From Anthoceros angustus (Eukaryota; Plantae; Anthocerotophyta): a stretch of 64,000 nucleotides of DNA. Numbering within the stretch: the stretch's first letter is position 1; every line of letters starts with the position of its first letter. The DNA lies in the NCBI GenBank assembly GCA_010909165.1, contig VJWM01000209.1:62001-126000 (forward strand), written 5' to 3'. Below, in pieces: positions 27,015 through 39,060 of this stretch. The position numbers were made by a program, and so were the translations under genes. The notes below the pieces were generated by a model, which saw only the letters and a list, made by a program, of their open reading frames with translations, had not been told where the DNA came from and did not search any database.

Positions 27015-30000
27015 ATGGAAGTGACATTGGGTGTGGAGATTGGAGTGGCGCTTGCAATTGCGGTGCTAGCTGTGGCCTGGCCAGTGTGGAGGTACTGGGA
27101 GCGGAGGGGATGTGGGCGCCCAAGGGCTCGAAGCAGCTGCCGGGGACCATGGGCTTCCCCCTGCTGGGAGAGACGATGGAGCTGCTGGGCTACTTCAAGG
27201 TTGGGGATCCGGAGACATTCACGGCCAAGCGCTTTCGCAAGTATGGCGATGTGTTCAAGTCGCACGTGTTAGGGAGTCCGTATGTGTTTTTCACGGGCGT
27301 CGAGGCGGCCAAGCTCTTGCTCTCAATGGAGCACAAGCTGGTACAGGCGCACCAGTTCCTCCCCGCGAGGCAGTTGGTGGGCAAGGAGTCGCTCCTCAAT
27401 GTGCACGGCCCCACGCACAAGTTCTATCGCAAAATTCTCAACGAATCCTTCATGGGCGAAGGCATTAGGAAGTATCTGCCGGTGTCGGAGCAATCGGCTC
27501 TAGAGACCCTCAGTTCCTGGAACTGGGCGACGTCCCCGTCATGAGACACGACATGGGCAAGGTGCGTGCACCAGAATTGGGCCACTCTTACCGTTTGTCT
27601 GCAATCTAATTGCAATGTTTGTGCAGAGCTCGTGATGTTTGCTAACTGGTAGTTGCTGACGGTGCGCAGTTCGCTTATCATGTGATCGTGGGACTGGTGC
27701 TGAGCTGGGGTCCTGGTTCAGTGCGTGACAGGAGCTTGGAGCTCACCAAAACAGTGAGTACCAGCTTGTCACGGTGCCCATCAATCTTCCTGGATTCGCC
27801 TTTCACAAGGCCATGCAGGTGGGAATTCGTTCAGGCCCAATTTGGAGCACAGGTGTCCAATTTCTCCCAGGGCTTGCAATGGGCCGCAATAAATCTAACA
27901 GTGCAAGTGGATTGGGCGTGCAGGCAAGAAAGGAGCTGGGTAAAATGTTCGACACCGAATTTGCGCTGAGAAGGAGCGGAAAATTTGTTCGCAGCGACCT
28001 GCTGAACGAAATGATGAAGGCAGTCGACCCCGATTCTTCCAGCGACAAGCCTGCCCTGGACGACGAGCAGCTGAGGGACAATGTGCTCACCATGATCGTT
28101 GCTGGCTCTAGAGACCCTCAGTTCCTGGAAACTGGGCGACGTCCCCGTCATGAGACACGACATGGGCAAGGTGCGTGCACCAGGAATGGGCCACTCTTAC
28201 CGTTTGTCTGCAATCTAATTGCAATGTTTGTGCAGAGCTCGTGATGTTTGCTAACTGGTAGTTGCTGACGGTGCGCAGTTCGCTTATCATGTGATCGTGG
28301 GACTGGTGCTGAGCTGGGGTCCTGGTTCAGTGCGTGACAGGAGCTTGGAGCTCACCAAAACAGTGAGTACCAGCTTGATCACGGTGCCCATCAATCTTCC
28401 TGGATTCGCCTTTCACAAGGCCATGCAGGTGGGAATTCACCAGGCCCAATTTGGAGCACAGGTGTCCAATTTCTCCCAGGGCTTGCAATGGGCACATAAA
28501 TCTAACAGTGCAAGTGGACTGGGCGTGCAGGCAAGAAAGGAGCTGGGTAAAATGTTCGACACCGAATTTGCGCTGAGAAGGAGCGGAAAATTTGTTCGCA
28601 GCGACCTGCTGAACGAAATGATGAAGGCAGTCGACCCCGATTCTTCAAGCGACAAGCCTGCCCTGGACGACGAGCAGCTGAGGGACAATGTGCTCACCAT
28701 GATCGTTGCTGGCTCTAGAGACCCTCAGTTCCTGGAAACTGGGCGACGTCCCCGTCATGAGACACGACATGGGCAAGGTGCGTGCACCAGAATGGGCCAC
28801 TCTTACCGTTTGTCTGCAATCTAATTGCAATGTTTGTGCAGAGCTCGTGATGTTTGCTAACTGGTAGTTGCTGACGGTGCGCAGTTCGCTTATCATGTGA
28901 TCGTGGGACTGGTGCTGAGCTGGGGTCCTGGTTCAGTGCGTGACAGGAGCTTGGAGCTCACCAAAACAGTGAGTACCAGCTTGTCACGGTGCCCATCAAT
29001 CTTCCTGGATTCGCCTTTCACAAGGCCATGCAGGTGGGAATTCGTTCAGGCCCAATTTGGAGCACAGGTGTCCAATTTCTCCCAGGGCTTGCAATGGGCA
29101 CATAAATCTAACAGTGCAAGTGGACTGGGCGTGCAGGCAAGAAAGGAGCTGGGTAAAATGTTCGACACCGAATTTGCGCTGAGAAGGAGCGGAAGTTGTT
29201 CGCAGCGACCTGCTGAACGAAATGATGAAGGCAGTCGACCCCGATTCTTCCAGCGACAAGCCTGCCCTGGACGACGAGCAGCTGAGGGACAATGTGCTCA
29301 CCATGATCGTTGCTGGCTTTGAGACCACCACCAACACACTCACCTGGCTTGCCAAGCTGCTGCATGAGAATCCCAGCGTCAAGGAGAAGCTGCTGGTGAG
29401 CCTGGCCCTGGGGATATATCACAGACGTCGTCCATAGGAATCGAAATTGGTTTGGAACAGCTTGGATCCAAGCGAGCCCAACCTTGTTGTTTGGTTTTCT
29501 GTCTGTTTAACTGTAGGCTGAGCATTTGGCTCTGAGAAGAAACAAACAAGCTGGAGAGCACTGACATGGGCGGATCTCGGCCAACCGATGGCCTACACCT
29601 TGAAAGTGAGACTCGGATCCTCAACATTCTCCAACCTAGTAGTGGCCCAATACTCACTGGAATCTGGCGTAAGCTAAGATCCATCTGTCTTGTCTCCTGT
29701 GTGCATGCAGGTGATCAACGAGGCACTCCGAGTGTCTTCTATCGCTTTCTGGTTGCATCGACAGGTCAAGGAGGACTTTACATTCAACGGTATGTATGCT
29801 GCACCTGGCATTGGCAACCGTAAATATTCCTTCCCTACTCCAAGCGGGGAGTCCTAACATGGGTCACAGTGCTTGATTACTGGTATGATTTTCCCGAAGC
29901 TTTCTCGCTACCTGACACTCATGTGCCACCTGCAGGATACCACATTCCTAAAGGCTGGAACTTTGTGCTCGACACTCAAAACTTGCACCATAGTCCAGAC

Positions 30001-30503
30001 ATCTTCCAAGACCCAGAGATCTTCAATCCCTCTCGCTTCGATGTAAGAGCTTGATGCTTGAATTCAACACTAGAATCATTACAGACGTCGCCGAATCATA
30101 GACAACGAACAACATCTTGGGAGTTATCTTGTGACACTGCGTTCTGATGCTACCAACAGGTGCCACCGAAGCCCTTCACCCTGCTGCCGTGGGAGGTGGA
30201 AGCAGATTGTGCCTTGGGAAGGAGCTGGCACTAATGAACATGAAAGTGATGTTGCATCACATGATGCTTAAATTCAGGTGAGTCCCCATAATTCTTCTGC
30301 AATAGCTCACAAGTCATTACAGTGCCTCTCTACATGTATACTTCTTTGCTAACCGATGGGTGCCGACCCCGTGTTGAAACAGGTGGACAGTAGACAAGCC
30401 AGACACTGGCCTAGTCGTTTCAGGTCTGCCATACCCCAAAACCGGTGTCCCCATACGCATCGAGGCTGTCCAGGACTACTCGTCTGCCAACCGAGCTATG
30501 TAA
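27015..30503 (+). CDS. Cytochrome P450, CYP85 clan, copy B; interrupted by an internal triplication (possible pseudogene)
   Basis: MEVTLGVEIGVALAIAVLAVAWPVW, LPGTMGFPLLGET, FKSHVLGSP, AGFETT (29312-29329), PSRF, heme motif at about 30187-30218 and stop at 30501-30503. Exon 1 ends at 27561, exon 2 is 27670-27818 and exon 3 starts at 27924. Confidence 0.9.
27499..29317 (+). repeat. Three tandem copies of a roughly 607-bp segment inside P450 copy B
   Basis: Copies at 27499-28106, 28107-28713 and 28714-29317. The junction GTTGCTGGC|TCTAGAGACC is seen twice. Confidence 0.95.
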
Positions 30504-31370
30504 TACATCAGAGCTTGGCGTAAACCTTGGGATAAAGTGATCCTGCCGTCGAAGGTTATGGGTCCGACAAGGTCTCCAACTGTAGTGCTTCAATATTTTA
30601 TCCAGTGGATTTTAGTAAAAGGTGAGGTAGGACGTCTGGGACTATGGATCTTTCTGACAGTCCATTCCAGTTTTAGCAAAAGGTGAGGTACGGACGTCTG
30701 CGTCCCTCTGGCAGTCCATTGCTGTCGCACGTTTCGACGGCACTGTATTCAGAAAAGTTGGAGATTCTTTGAGAAAAAGCTGCAGCATCTGCTTGCGACT
30801 TGACAAGTTCATACTTCATACTGGAGTCAGCAATGTGCGAAAGCAGGAGGGATTGCTGCAGCATGGCATTCTTGAAATTGCATTCCGTCCTTCAAAGAAT
30901 CGCAGGGCAGCCATGGACGTGACGAGGGGCCTAACACGCGTATGATGAATCCTGCGTGGCGAGGAGATGACCAATTTGCTAATGTATCTGAAATATCTCC
31001 ATGTATCTCAAATACGTGCGGAGATCCAGCCGCGTGCTACTGTCTCTGAAATATATGCGGAGCTCGAGCCGCGTGTCAACGTGTTTCAGACTCTTTGAAA
31101 TTATGTGCCGAGCTCCTGCCGCGTGCCCAAGAATTTGACATATGTGCGGAGGTCCAGCCGCGTGGGCCGGGTCTCTTATTATTTAAACCCGGACAGTTCC
31201 TGCAGATGCTCGTATAAATCTGAGGCCCGCAAATCCAGGCCCGCAAATCTGGGGCCCGCAAATTTGAGGCCCGCTTTTTACTGACCGGCGGTTGCAGTCC
31301 CATGGTATGAAATTCACCAGCCTGCTTGTCTGCTGCCTCGCGTCGCTAGCCCCGGCGAACATGGCGTGTT

Positions 31371-31766
31371 TCGCCTAAGGCTAACGCAAACTTAATGAGC
31401 CCTGCCATTCGTACCGCCCGTGTGGCCACGCACCCCGATGCAAACCCGAGACGCATGAGGCCGGCATGCGCGGGCATGCCTCTCTTTCTTGAGTTCGTGA
31501 TCGAGTGCTTGGTGAACAGGTTGAGACCAGAGAGTGACCAGTTGGGTGACCATGAGAGGAGCGCGGACGGGAGCCGTTGAGACGAGGGTGGAGGGAGCCG
31601 TTGAGAGGAGCGACGACGGACGCCCCGTTGCCGGAAAGGGAGACGCCGGAAAGAAACAGGCATGCCCGCATGCCGGCCTCATGCCTCTCGGCTTTGCATC
31701 GGGGTGCGTGGCCACACGGGCGGTACGAATGGCAGGGCTCATTAAGTTTGCGTTAGCCTTAAGCGA
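31371..31766. mobile_element. Fold-back MITE (about 395 bp, about 115-bp terminal inverted arms) specific to unit B, upstream of the terpene synthase
   Basis: The left arm TCGCCTAAGGCTAACGCAAACTTAATGAGCCCTGCC... is the reverse complement of the right arm ending ...GTTTGCGTTAGCCTTAAGCGA. It is absent at the matching unit A site (about 9668). Arms of the same family lie inside the unit A insertion (about 8430-8545 and 9050-9300). Confidence 0.8.
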
Positions 31767-32226
31767 CGGGGAGGCATGTCAGTCTTCAGCTGGTCAGGCG
31801 TCGTCAGCCTCTCGACGCTCTGACATGCCTGGCAATGCCACTGGAGGCTACACGTGTTTGCGACCCCCGGTGGATGTAAAACCAAAATCACGAGTCTGTC
31901 CAATGCCCATCACCCACGCATACACCGGCGGTCGAATGTGACACAACCTAAGAGTTTTCAACCACGATTCGGCCAGAGTGACTTTGACTGGTGGTACGAA
32001 AAAGCGTTTCATGACATCACAAGGACGTAAAAGCGTCCAGTGTCAGTGAAGTGCAGCTTGCGTGCCTGTAATACAGAATTCTGTGTAAGGTAACGTACAA
32101 GTGCAGCTTGCGTGCCTGTAATACAGAATTCTGTGTAAGGTAACGTACAAGTGCAGCTTGCATGCCTTGTAGACTTTGGGCCATAATATTATAGAAGTCC
32201 TAGAATTCCCCGTCCCTTAGGCTATA

Positions 32227-35200
32227 ATGCCCCGCCGTTTTATCATTCCGGCGAAGTCAGTTGTGTTGCCCAACTGCTCACGGTCATCAGGAATGGCTGC
32301 AGCGACTGTCACAAGAGCACCAGCTGCAGCAGCGACTGTCACAAGAGCACCAGCTGCAGCAGCGACTGTCACAAGAGCACCAGCTGCAGCAGCGACTGTC
32401 ACAAGAGCACCAGCTGCAGCTGCTTCTTCGACCAGCTCAAGGTGGTGTCCGCAACGCCAACGCGGAGTGGCCAAGATACTCGGGGGGAGCATCGATATCG
32501 TCCAGTCGATCAAGAGAAGTAGAGGATGCAAGGCTTCCAAGGCGGCACATGTCGAGGCTTGGCAGGTGCATGCGTCCGCTGCGCATGGGCTTGGGCCGCT
32601 GCAAGCTCAGGCCACAGATTTACAAGCTGCAGAGCGCGAAGTGGAGGTGCTGGAGCGGGCTGTGCCACTTCCGGATGATCGATATGATCCGGATGCAGAT
32701 GCGGATGCGGAGATCCAGGAGTCGATCCGAAGCATCCAGAGTATGCTGCGGTCACTCGGGGACGGGGCCATCTCCGGAGCCTACGACGCGGCCTGGGTGG
32801 CCATGGTGCCGGCGGCGGGCGGCGTCCGGGGCCACTTCCCGAGGCGCTGGAGTGGGTGGTGCGTTCGCAGCTGCCCGAAGGCTGCTGGGCGGGCGACGCG
32901 CACCTCTTTAACGTCTACGATCGCCTGGTGGCGACTCTGGCGTGCGTGGTAGCGCTGCGAACATGGAGCGTGCATCCCGATGCCGTGCGGAAAGGGTGCG
33001 CCTTCATCCGGCAGCATATGCACCACGTGGATTCCGAGAACCACATCCACAGAACCGTGGGGTTCGAGATGGTGTTCCGGCTATGCTGGAGCGGGCGAGC
33101 GCGCTGGAGCTGGATCTGCCGTACGACGCGCCCGCAACCAGCACCCTTCTGCGGGAGCGGAGCGCAAGCTGAAGCAGATTCCGGTGGAGTTGGTGCAGTC
33201 GCAGCCCACGACGCTGCTGGCGTCGCTGGAAGGGATGGACGCCCTGAAGGGCTTCGACTGGGACAAGATCCGGAGGCTGCAGTCGCCGGCGGGCCACATG
33301 CTCACCTCTCCGGCCTCCACCGCCTGCTTGTACATGCACACCGGGGACAGCAAGGCGCTGCAGTACCTCACCCTGCTGGTGGAGACGACGGGGGGTGTTA
33401 TCCCCAACCACTCGCCTGTCGACATCTTCGAGCGGCTGTGGATCGTGGACAGGCTGCAGCGCTTGGGTATCGCGCGCTACTTCAAGCCCGAGATCAAGGA
33501 CATCCTGGACTTCGCCTTCCAGCGGTGGACGGAACGGGGCCTGAGCTGGGCCACCGATTGCAATGTCACCGACCTGGACGACACCAGCATGGGATTTCGC
33601 TTGCTGCGCCAGCACGGCTATCCTGTCTCTGCAGGTGCCCTCTGTACATTCACGCATGTATCTTGACTTGCATCCTTGGGCTTGTTCCCGCTTATCGCAC
33701 TTGTGGTGACACTGTATGCCTACTACTCATGTGATGCAGAGGTGTTCAAGGGTTTCTGCAAGGGAGACCACTTCTCGTGCTGGGTCGACCACGGGTGCGA
33801 CCTGGACACCGACGTCACCCCCATGTTCAATCTGCACCGCGCGTCCGAGATGCGCTTCCCACACGAGGACTTGCTGGACAAGGCCTGGGAGTACACGCGC
33901 TTTCATCTGGGAGAAACAGCGACAGCCGCAGCTGTCGGACAGGTGGGTTGTGTCCAAAGATCTCCGAGGAGAGCTGGAGTACGCTTTGAGCTGCCCTGGT
34001 ACGCCAGTATGCCTCGCTTTGAGACCAGGGCTTATATCGACCACTACGGCCCTGGCGACGTGTGGATCGCCAAGAGCCTCTACAGGTGAGTACCTTCCGT
34101 CTCACATCGCTTTCACGCATTGGCGAGCTCCTGACAGCTGAGAAATCAATTGGGCATCCATGTAACTGCATCCATCTCTTTCCAAATTGTACAGGATGTA
34201 TGGCGTCTGCAATTCAACATTCCTATCCCTTGCAAAAGCAGACTTCAACAAATTGCAAACCATGTACCGCGCGGAGCTGGGCATTGAAGGAGTACGTGCA
34301 GTTCAAGTTTCCCATCATCCGATCCTCACTAATAGCCACAATGTCTGAAGAGGAAAGACTTAAGCTTGCCTATTAACTTCGCTTCCAATTCGCTCTGTGC
34401 ACCCGTAGATGGGTATCAGAATGTCGCTTCGACCGTCTCCCATTTGCTCGCCACGACAGGGTGATTCCAGGCTTCCCGTGCGCGGCTGCCACCTCCTTCG
34501 AGCCGGAGATGTCTGCGGTGCGCAGGGCTAGGACCCAACTCATGCTCCTGGCCACCATACTCGACGATTACACCACCCTGTCAGGAGTTCCCCAGGACGA
34601 GCTCGACCGTTTCCAGGCTGCCACGAAAAGGTACCGTTGCTAGCCGGTCATCCACTCGTAGCCATGCCACTGTCACTCGCCGACCGGACCGGCTGTCCTT
34701 CTCACTGCCTGCAATTGCTTGCTTCAACACATCTGTGTCCTTCTGCAGCTGGGACCCGTCCATGATCGACCACACCAACCACAGGCAGCGCATCGTTTTC
34801 ATGGGCATCTTCGACACCATCGTCGAGATAGCCGACAAAGCATCCAAGGAGCAGGGCCGCGATGTCAGCAGGCATGTAATCGCATCGGTGAGTGACTTCT
34901 CTCTGGGGCTCTACTGTCCGCATCCCTAACAGCCTAGTGCATCCTCACTTGCTTGTTCAAGCATTGGCTCACCTACCCCCACGCGCAGTGGCAACGCTAC
35001 GCCGAATGCGTGAGCATCCGAGCCAAGTGGAAGCGGAAGACATCATTCCCACCTGGAACCAATTCATCCCAGTCGGCGCAATCTGCATCAGCGCGGAGCT
35101 CTGCAGTTTGGGACCTGGCTTCTTGATACCCGGTGTGGGGTGAGCGAGGAGGCCATCAACTCGGAATACTACGACCTCCACATGAAAGTCTCCATGGTAG

Positions 35201-35611
35201 CGCGCCTCTTGAACGACCTCAGATCGTACCAGGTACGCTAATATGTAGTGAAGGTGAGATTGCACATGTCTGCATACATCACACAGCATACATGCATATG
35301 ACCCGTCCCATGTCCAATCCTGGAATTGCCACAGAAGGGGATATCGAAGTGAACAGTATGGTTGTTCATATGAGAGAGTACCCGGAGAAGAGCGAGGAGG
35401 AAGCGGACCACGACATCCGAGCTATAGTGGAATCCAACATGAAACAGCTGGTGCAGCATGTCTTCACTCCATCGGCCGTGCCCACACCCTGCAAACACGT
35501 CTTTTTGCACAATGCCATTGTCGCATATTACCTCTACGCAGACAACGACGGCTGGACCTCCCTCAGCCAAGATGCAGCACCACTTTAACCAGCTTCTTTT
35601 CAACCGTGTGA
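32227..35611 (+). CDS. Plant-type diterpene synthase, copy B; frameshifted in this assembly
   Basis: GAISGAYDAAWVAMVP, TTLLASLEG (LAS 33217-33225), GGVIPNHSPVD (33403-33414), DLDD (33571-33582), ILDDYTT (34563-34577), RLLNDLRSY and a C-terminal helix region ending LFQPV-stop after frame correction. Approximate introns follow GYPVSA (33633), SLYR (34085) and EALK. Confidence 0.93.
32301..32420 (+). repeat. 30-bp unit x4, in frame (ATVTRAPAAA) in the predicted transit peptide of terpene synthase B
   Basis: AGCGACTGTCACAAGAGCACCAGCTGCAGC occurs four times. Copy A has a single unit. Confidence 0.95.
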
Positions 35612-35749
35612 TTTGATGTACTTCAGCCACCTCTATCAACTTCACTGCAGAAGTCGTTACCACAAGTAGTAACCTAAGAAACCTGTGTACATTTTGGAAA
35701 TCTCACAGTTCAGCAAGTGTGCGCGTGCAAACCCTTTCCCTGCCAACCT

Positions 35750-36739
35750 CTTTTTCTGCAGACGGGAACCATATTCCATGTGTAGCGTCCCACGCTACCT
35801 GCCCTGTACACCTGCACAAGTTCCTCCGCCACACGTGGCAAGCCACCATGTACCGACTCAGCGAGGATTTTCAACAGGCCTGACAAGGCCTGCATTTGCT
35901 CGTCCACCAAGCCTTCCATCTCCTGCATATCATAGAGGTTCCCTTTGAATGCCCGATTTTTGCAGCCAGGGTGTGCCGGACATCTGGTACCCTGTCAGGC
36001 ACAGCCTGCGAGTAATATATGTCACAAAAGTTTATCTGCAGTCGGGAACCATATCCCATGTGTAGCGTCCCAAGGTACCTGCTCTGTACACCTGCACAAG
36101 CTCCTGCGCCACACGTGGCGAGCCACCATCTACCAACGCAGCGAGCATTTTCAACAGGCCTGACAAGGCCTTCATTTGGTCGTCCACCAAGCCTTCCATC
36201 TCCTGCATATCTTTGAGGTTCCCGTTGAATGACCGATATGTTGCAGCCAGGGTGTGCCGGACATCTGATACCCTGTCAGGCACAGACTTCGAGTATATAT
36301 ATGACACAATGTTATAATAGGGGAATGCACAAAAGTTTCCATCTCCCCCACACCTCCTACCTCTGGACCATTAGGTTGCTCAGCATTACCATGCAGCTTC
36401 CAGCTCGAGTAGACATCACGCGCATTATTCAGTAACGAGAGCGAGTACCTTGCAATCCGCTCATCTCCTACCACGGACTCTTTTGTGGCTCCTAAAGAGC
36501 AGGCAGCAACATCAGCCAACAGAGTTTCAAGTGTTTCTAACAAAAGCACCGGGCCTGTAGGTGGTGGGAGGAGACTCAGTCAATGACAGCTTCAACCTTG
36601 TCTCAACATCACGGATCTTTTGTACCAGCAATCCAGGTGTGTCAAGCGCATAGATGCTTGGATGTCTACCAACTTGGCACGACGCATGTTACCCACCTAT
36701 GTCAATTGCCGCAGCAAAGGCTATCACCACTCGCCTCAG
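35750..36739 (-). pseudogene. Unit-B copy of the RbgA/YlqF-type GTPase relic, truncated by a gypsy fragment
   Basis: Matches 13490-14422. It includes SVVGDERIARY and VSDVRHTLAATYRSFNGNLKDMQEMEGLVDDQMKAL..VYRAGTLGRYTWDMVP. Confidence 0.7.
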
Positions 36740-39047
36740 CCGGGACAAGCACTCCATCTTTGCCTACTGACGACCCGCAAGATGACTCACTGGATACCCA
36801 AGGTGTTGCACGGCTTCCGATGCGTAGACATAATCTCCAACTTGAACTTGCGCACCTTGGGTTTCCATGTCCCTCCTCGTGTGTAAGCATAGCGCGATTG
36901 ATCCACATGTTGCGCTATGGCAAGGTTCTCCATTGCCATGGGCATGATCCGTTTGAAAAGCTACGCCGCCTTTCCGGTCTCGTAGGCAATCATCCGCATT
37001 GCGCCAATCCACGGTGCTTGTAGCCTTGCTTGCCTCACGTTTGGCAAAATGGTTGTCGCCCATACAACAAGTAGTATGGTGAAAAATTGCTCAAGGTTGC
37101 TTGATTGCTCACCACTGCCCTAGCACTAGGTATGGCATCCCTTCATCCCATGTCTTGGTCATTTGTGAGACAATATTTGCGCAAGGCCGCTTGAAGGTGC
37201 ACCAAGCGCTCAAGAAGTCCATCGGCTTGAGGATGATCTCTCGGCGTCGTCGATGATCAATCAAGCTCTGTCAAGCAAGTCTTGAAATTCCCCGAATTCT
37301 TTGCCTGTCGGTGAGAACCTCGCACATGCTCCATATCGACTAAGAACGGAAGCCAAGAACGCCTTCTGGTAAGCCGAGAGTCACGCTTGGGTAAGATGGC
37401 AACCTCGCACCACTTGCTGAAATGCTCCACCATTAGCATGACATGCTTGTTTCCGATCTGGCGTCTCGGCATGTCCGGCATGAGATCCACACTCCACAGA
37501 AGAGTCCTCGGATCGGCGGTGAAGCACAACATCATTGGTTGTGAACCTTGCCTTCACTCGATCGCACACTCTACATTGCGACCGCCTTTCCACATCTCCA
37601 TACATCCTTGCCCAGAAGTGTGTGGGCCTGAGCATGATGTAGGTGCGCTTAGCACCAAAATGCCCTAAGCTTTCATGCACCTAGGTGATGAGTCTCACCC
37701 GGTCCTCCGGCTTGGGTACAATTCTATCTCCCACAGAATCACGGACATACATTATGTCCTCCTTCCAATAGTACCGAGCCACCTTCTCACGTAGCTTGGC
37801 CTGCTTCTGAGATGAAAGCCCTTGTGGCAATTCCCCAGACCTTAGGAAGGTCACCGCTATTGCATGCGCCCAGATGTCCCTGACGCACTCTACATACAAA
37901 GCGATGAGTGGAGGGCATCTTGACATCCTCATGCGGCATGGCCAACATGGTATCTGGACTACTCTCCCCCGGTTGCTCGTCATCGAATCTTGCAGCCCTG
38001 TAGTGTCTTCGTTCACGAGGTAGAGGATTCCTTGACAACCCATCAAGATTAGAGTGAACTCTACACTCGGTGTTCGATGACAAAGTCATACTCACGGAGA
38101 ATGAGAGCCCACCTCGCCGCCTTTCGTACGCTCACATCAACCAATGCAAGGGTTGATGGTGGTGATTAGTCGAAATTGATGTCCAAACAAATGCAGACGA
38201 AAGTGTCCGACCCACACCGCAAGACATTCTCCTTCATAGGCGAGTAGTTGGACTCACTTTGGTTGTTGCTCCGTGGCATAGGCAATGACATGTTCCTCTT
38301 CCTTGTCATTGATCTGCGCCAAGGCGCCTATCGTACTTGCTCCAATCAAAGTACGAACGGCCATCAAGTTTGGATGACCAAGAATTGGCGAGCTCATGAG
38401 TCTACCCTTCAACTCCATGAAAGCGACTCCTCCTCTTGAGTCCAACGCCAAGTCACCAACTTCTTCAACAAGTCATTCAATGGCGCAATCCGCTCATCCA
38501 TGGAATGAACTTCTAGTAACCGCCAAACCCAAGAATGCCCTCAACTTCGAGATGTCGTTTGGCACAGGAATGCGCGATTGCCTCCACCTTGGTGGCATGC
38601 GGCGAGATCCGTCGGCGTGATCCAATGACCCAAGTACAACACCTTATCCTCTCCAAATCGACACTTCTGGATGGGCCTTCAACCCACAAGCCCCAGCAAA
38701 GACCGTCAAGATGTTGTAGATGCTCCTCAAAGGTATTCTTGAAGATGATGACGTCATCAATGTAGCACTTGGCGAAATGCAAGTCCTTGAGCTCATTGTC
38801 CATGTACCTTTGGAACTGCGTTGGCGATGTCTTCAACCCAAATGGCATGTAATTCCACTCGTACAAGCAATCTCTACCCCAGAACGCCGTTTTCTTCTTG
38901 TCTTCTTCGGCGATCTCTACTTGGTGAAACCCTAGCCTCAAGTCCAATGTTGAGAAGAACTTGGCAGACCCAATGGTGTCGAAGATCTCTTCAGCCGTCG
39001 GCATGGAATAGTGGTCATGTGAGATTCGCTCGTTCAACGGCCGATAG
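36740..39047 (-). mobile_element. Ty3/gypsy pol fragment (RT, RNase H, integrase), truncated at both ends
   Basis: RT: YRPLNERISHDHYSMP..STLDLRLGFHQ..KTAFWG..MPFGL..CYIDD (38513-39047). RNase H region at about 38100-38450. Integrase HHCC HESLGHFG..C..C (about 37550-37680), MLMVEHFSKW and YAYTRGGTWKPKVRKFKLGDYVY (about 36810-36890). Confidence 0.9.
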
Positions 39048-39060
39048 CACTACTACAAAA
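39048..39060 (+). mobile_element. Probable CACTA (En/Spm) transposon terminus inserted in the gypsy RT
   Basis: CACTACTACAAAA begins exactly where RT homology stops (within the D-Y-R-P-L-N motif). The matching other end was not found. Confidence 0.5.

Larger units (their letters stand above)
19632..36739 (+). repeat. Unit B of a tandem segmental duplication (matches unit A, 1-14422)
   Basis: Colinear anchors: 1/19632, 5023/27015, 7258/30503, 10074/32227, 14422/36739. The copies differ by substitutions, private insertions and private tandem duplications. Confidence 0.95.

Noticed and set aside
32301-32420. Short direct repeats as a CRISPR array
   Set aside because: The repeats are contiguous with no unique spacers, lie in frame inside a eukaryotic gene, and have no cas genes nearby.
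33004-33657. Long antisense and alternate-frame ORFs over the synthase and P450 exons
   Set aside because: These are shadow ORFs expected from GC-rich coding sequence, with no motifs.
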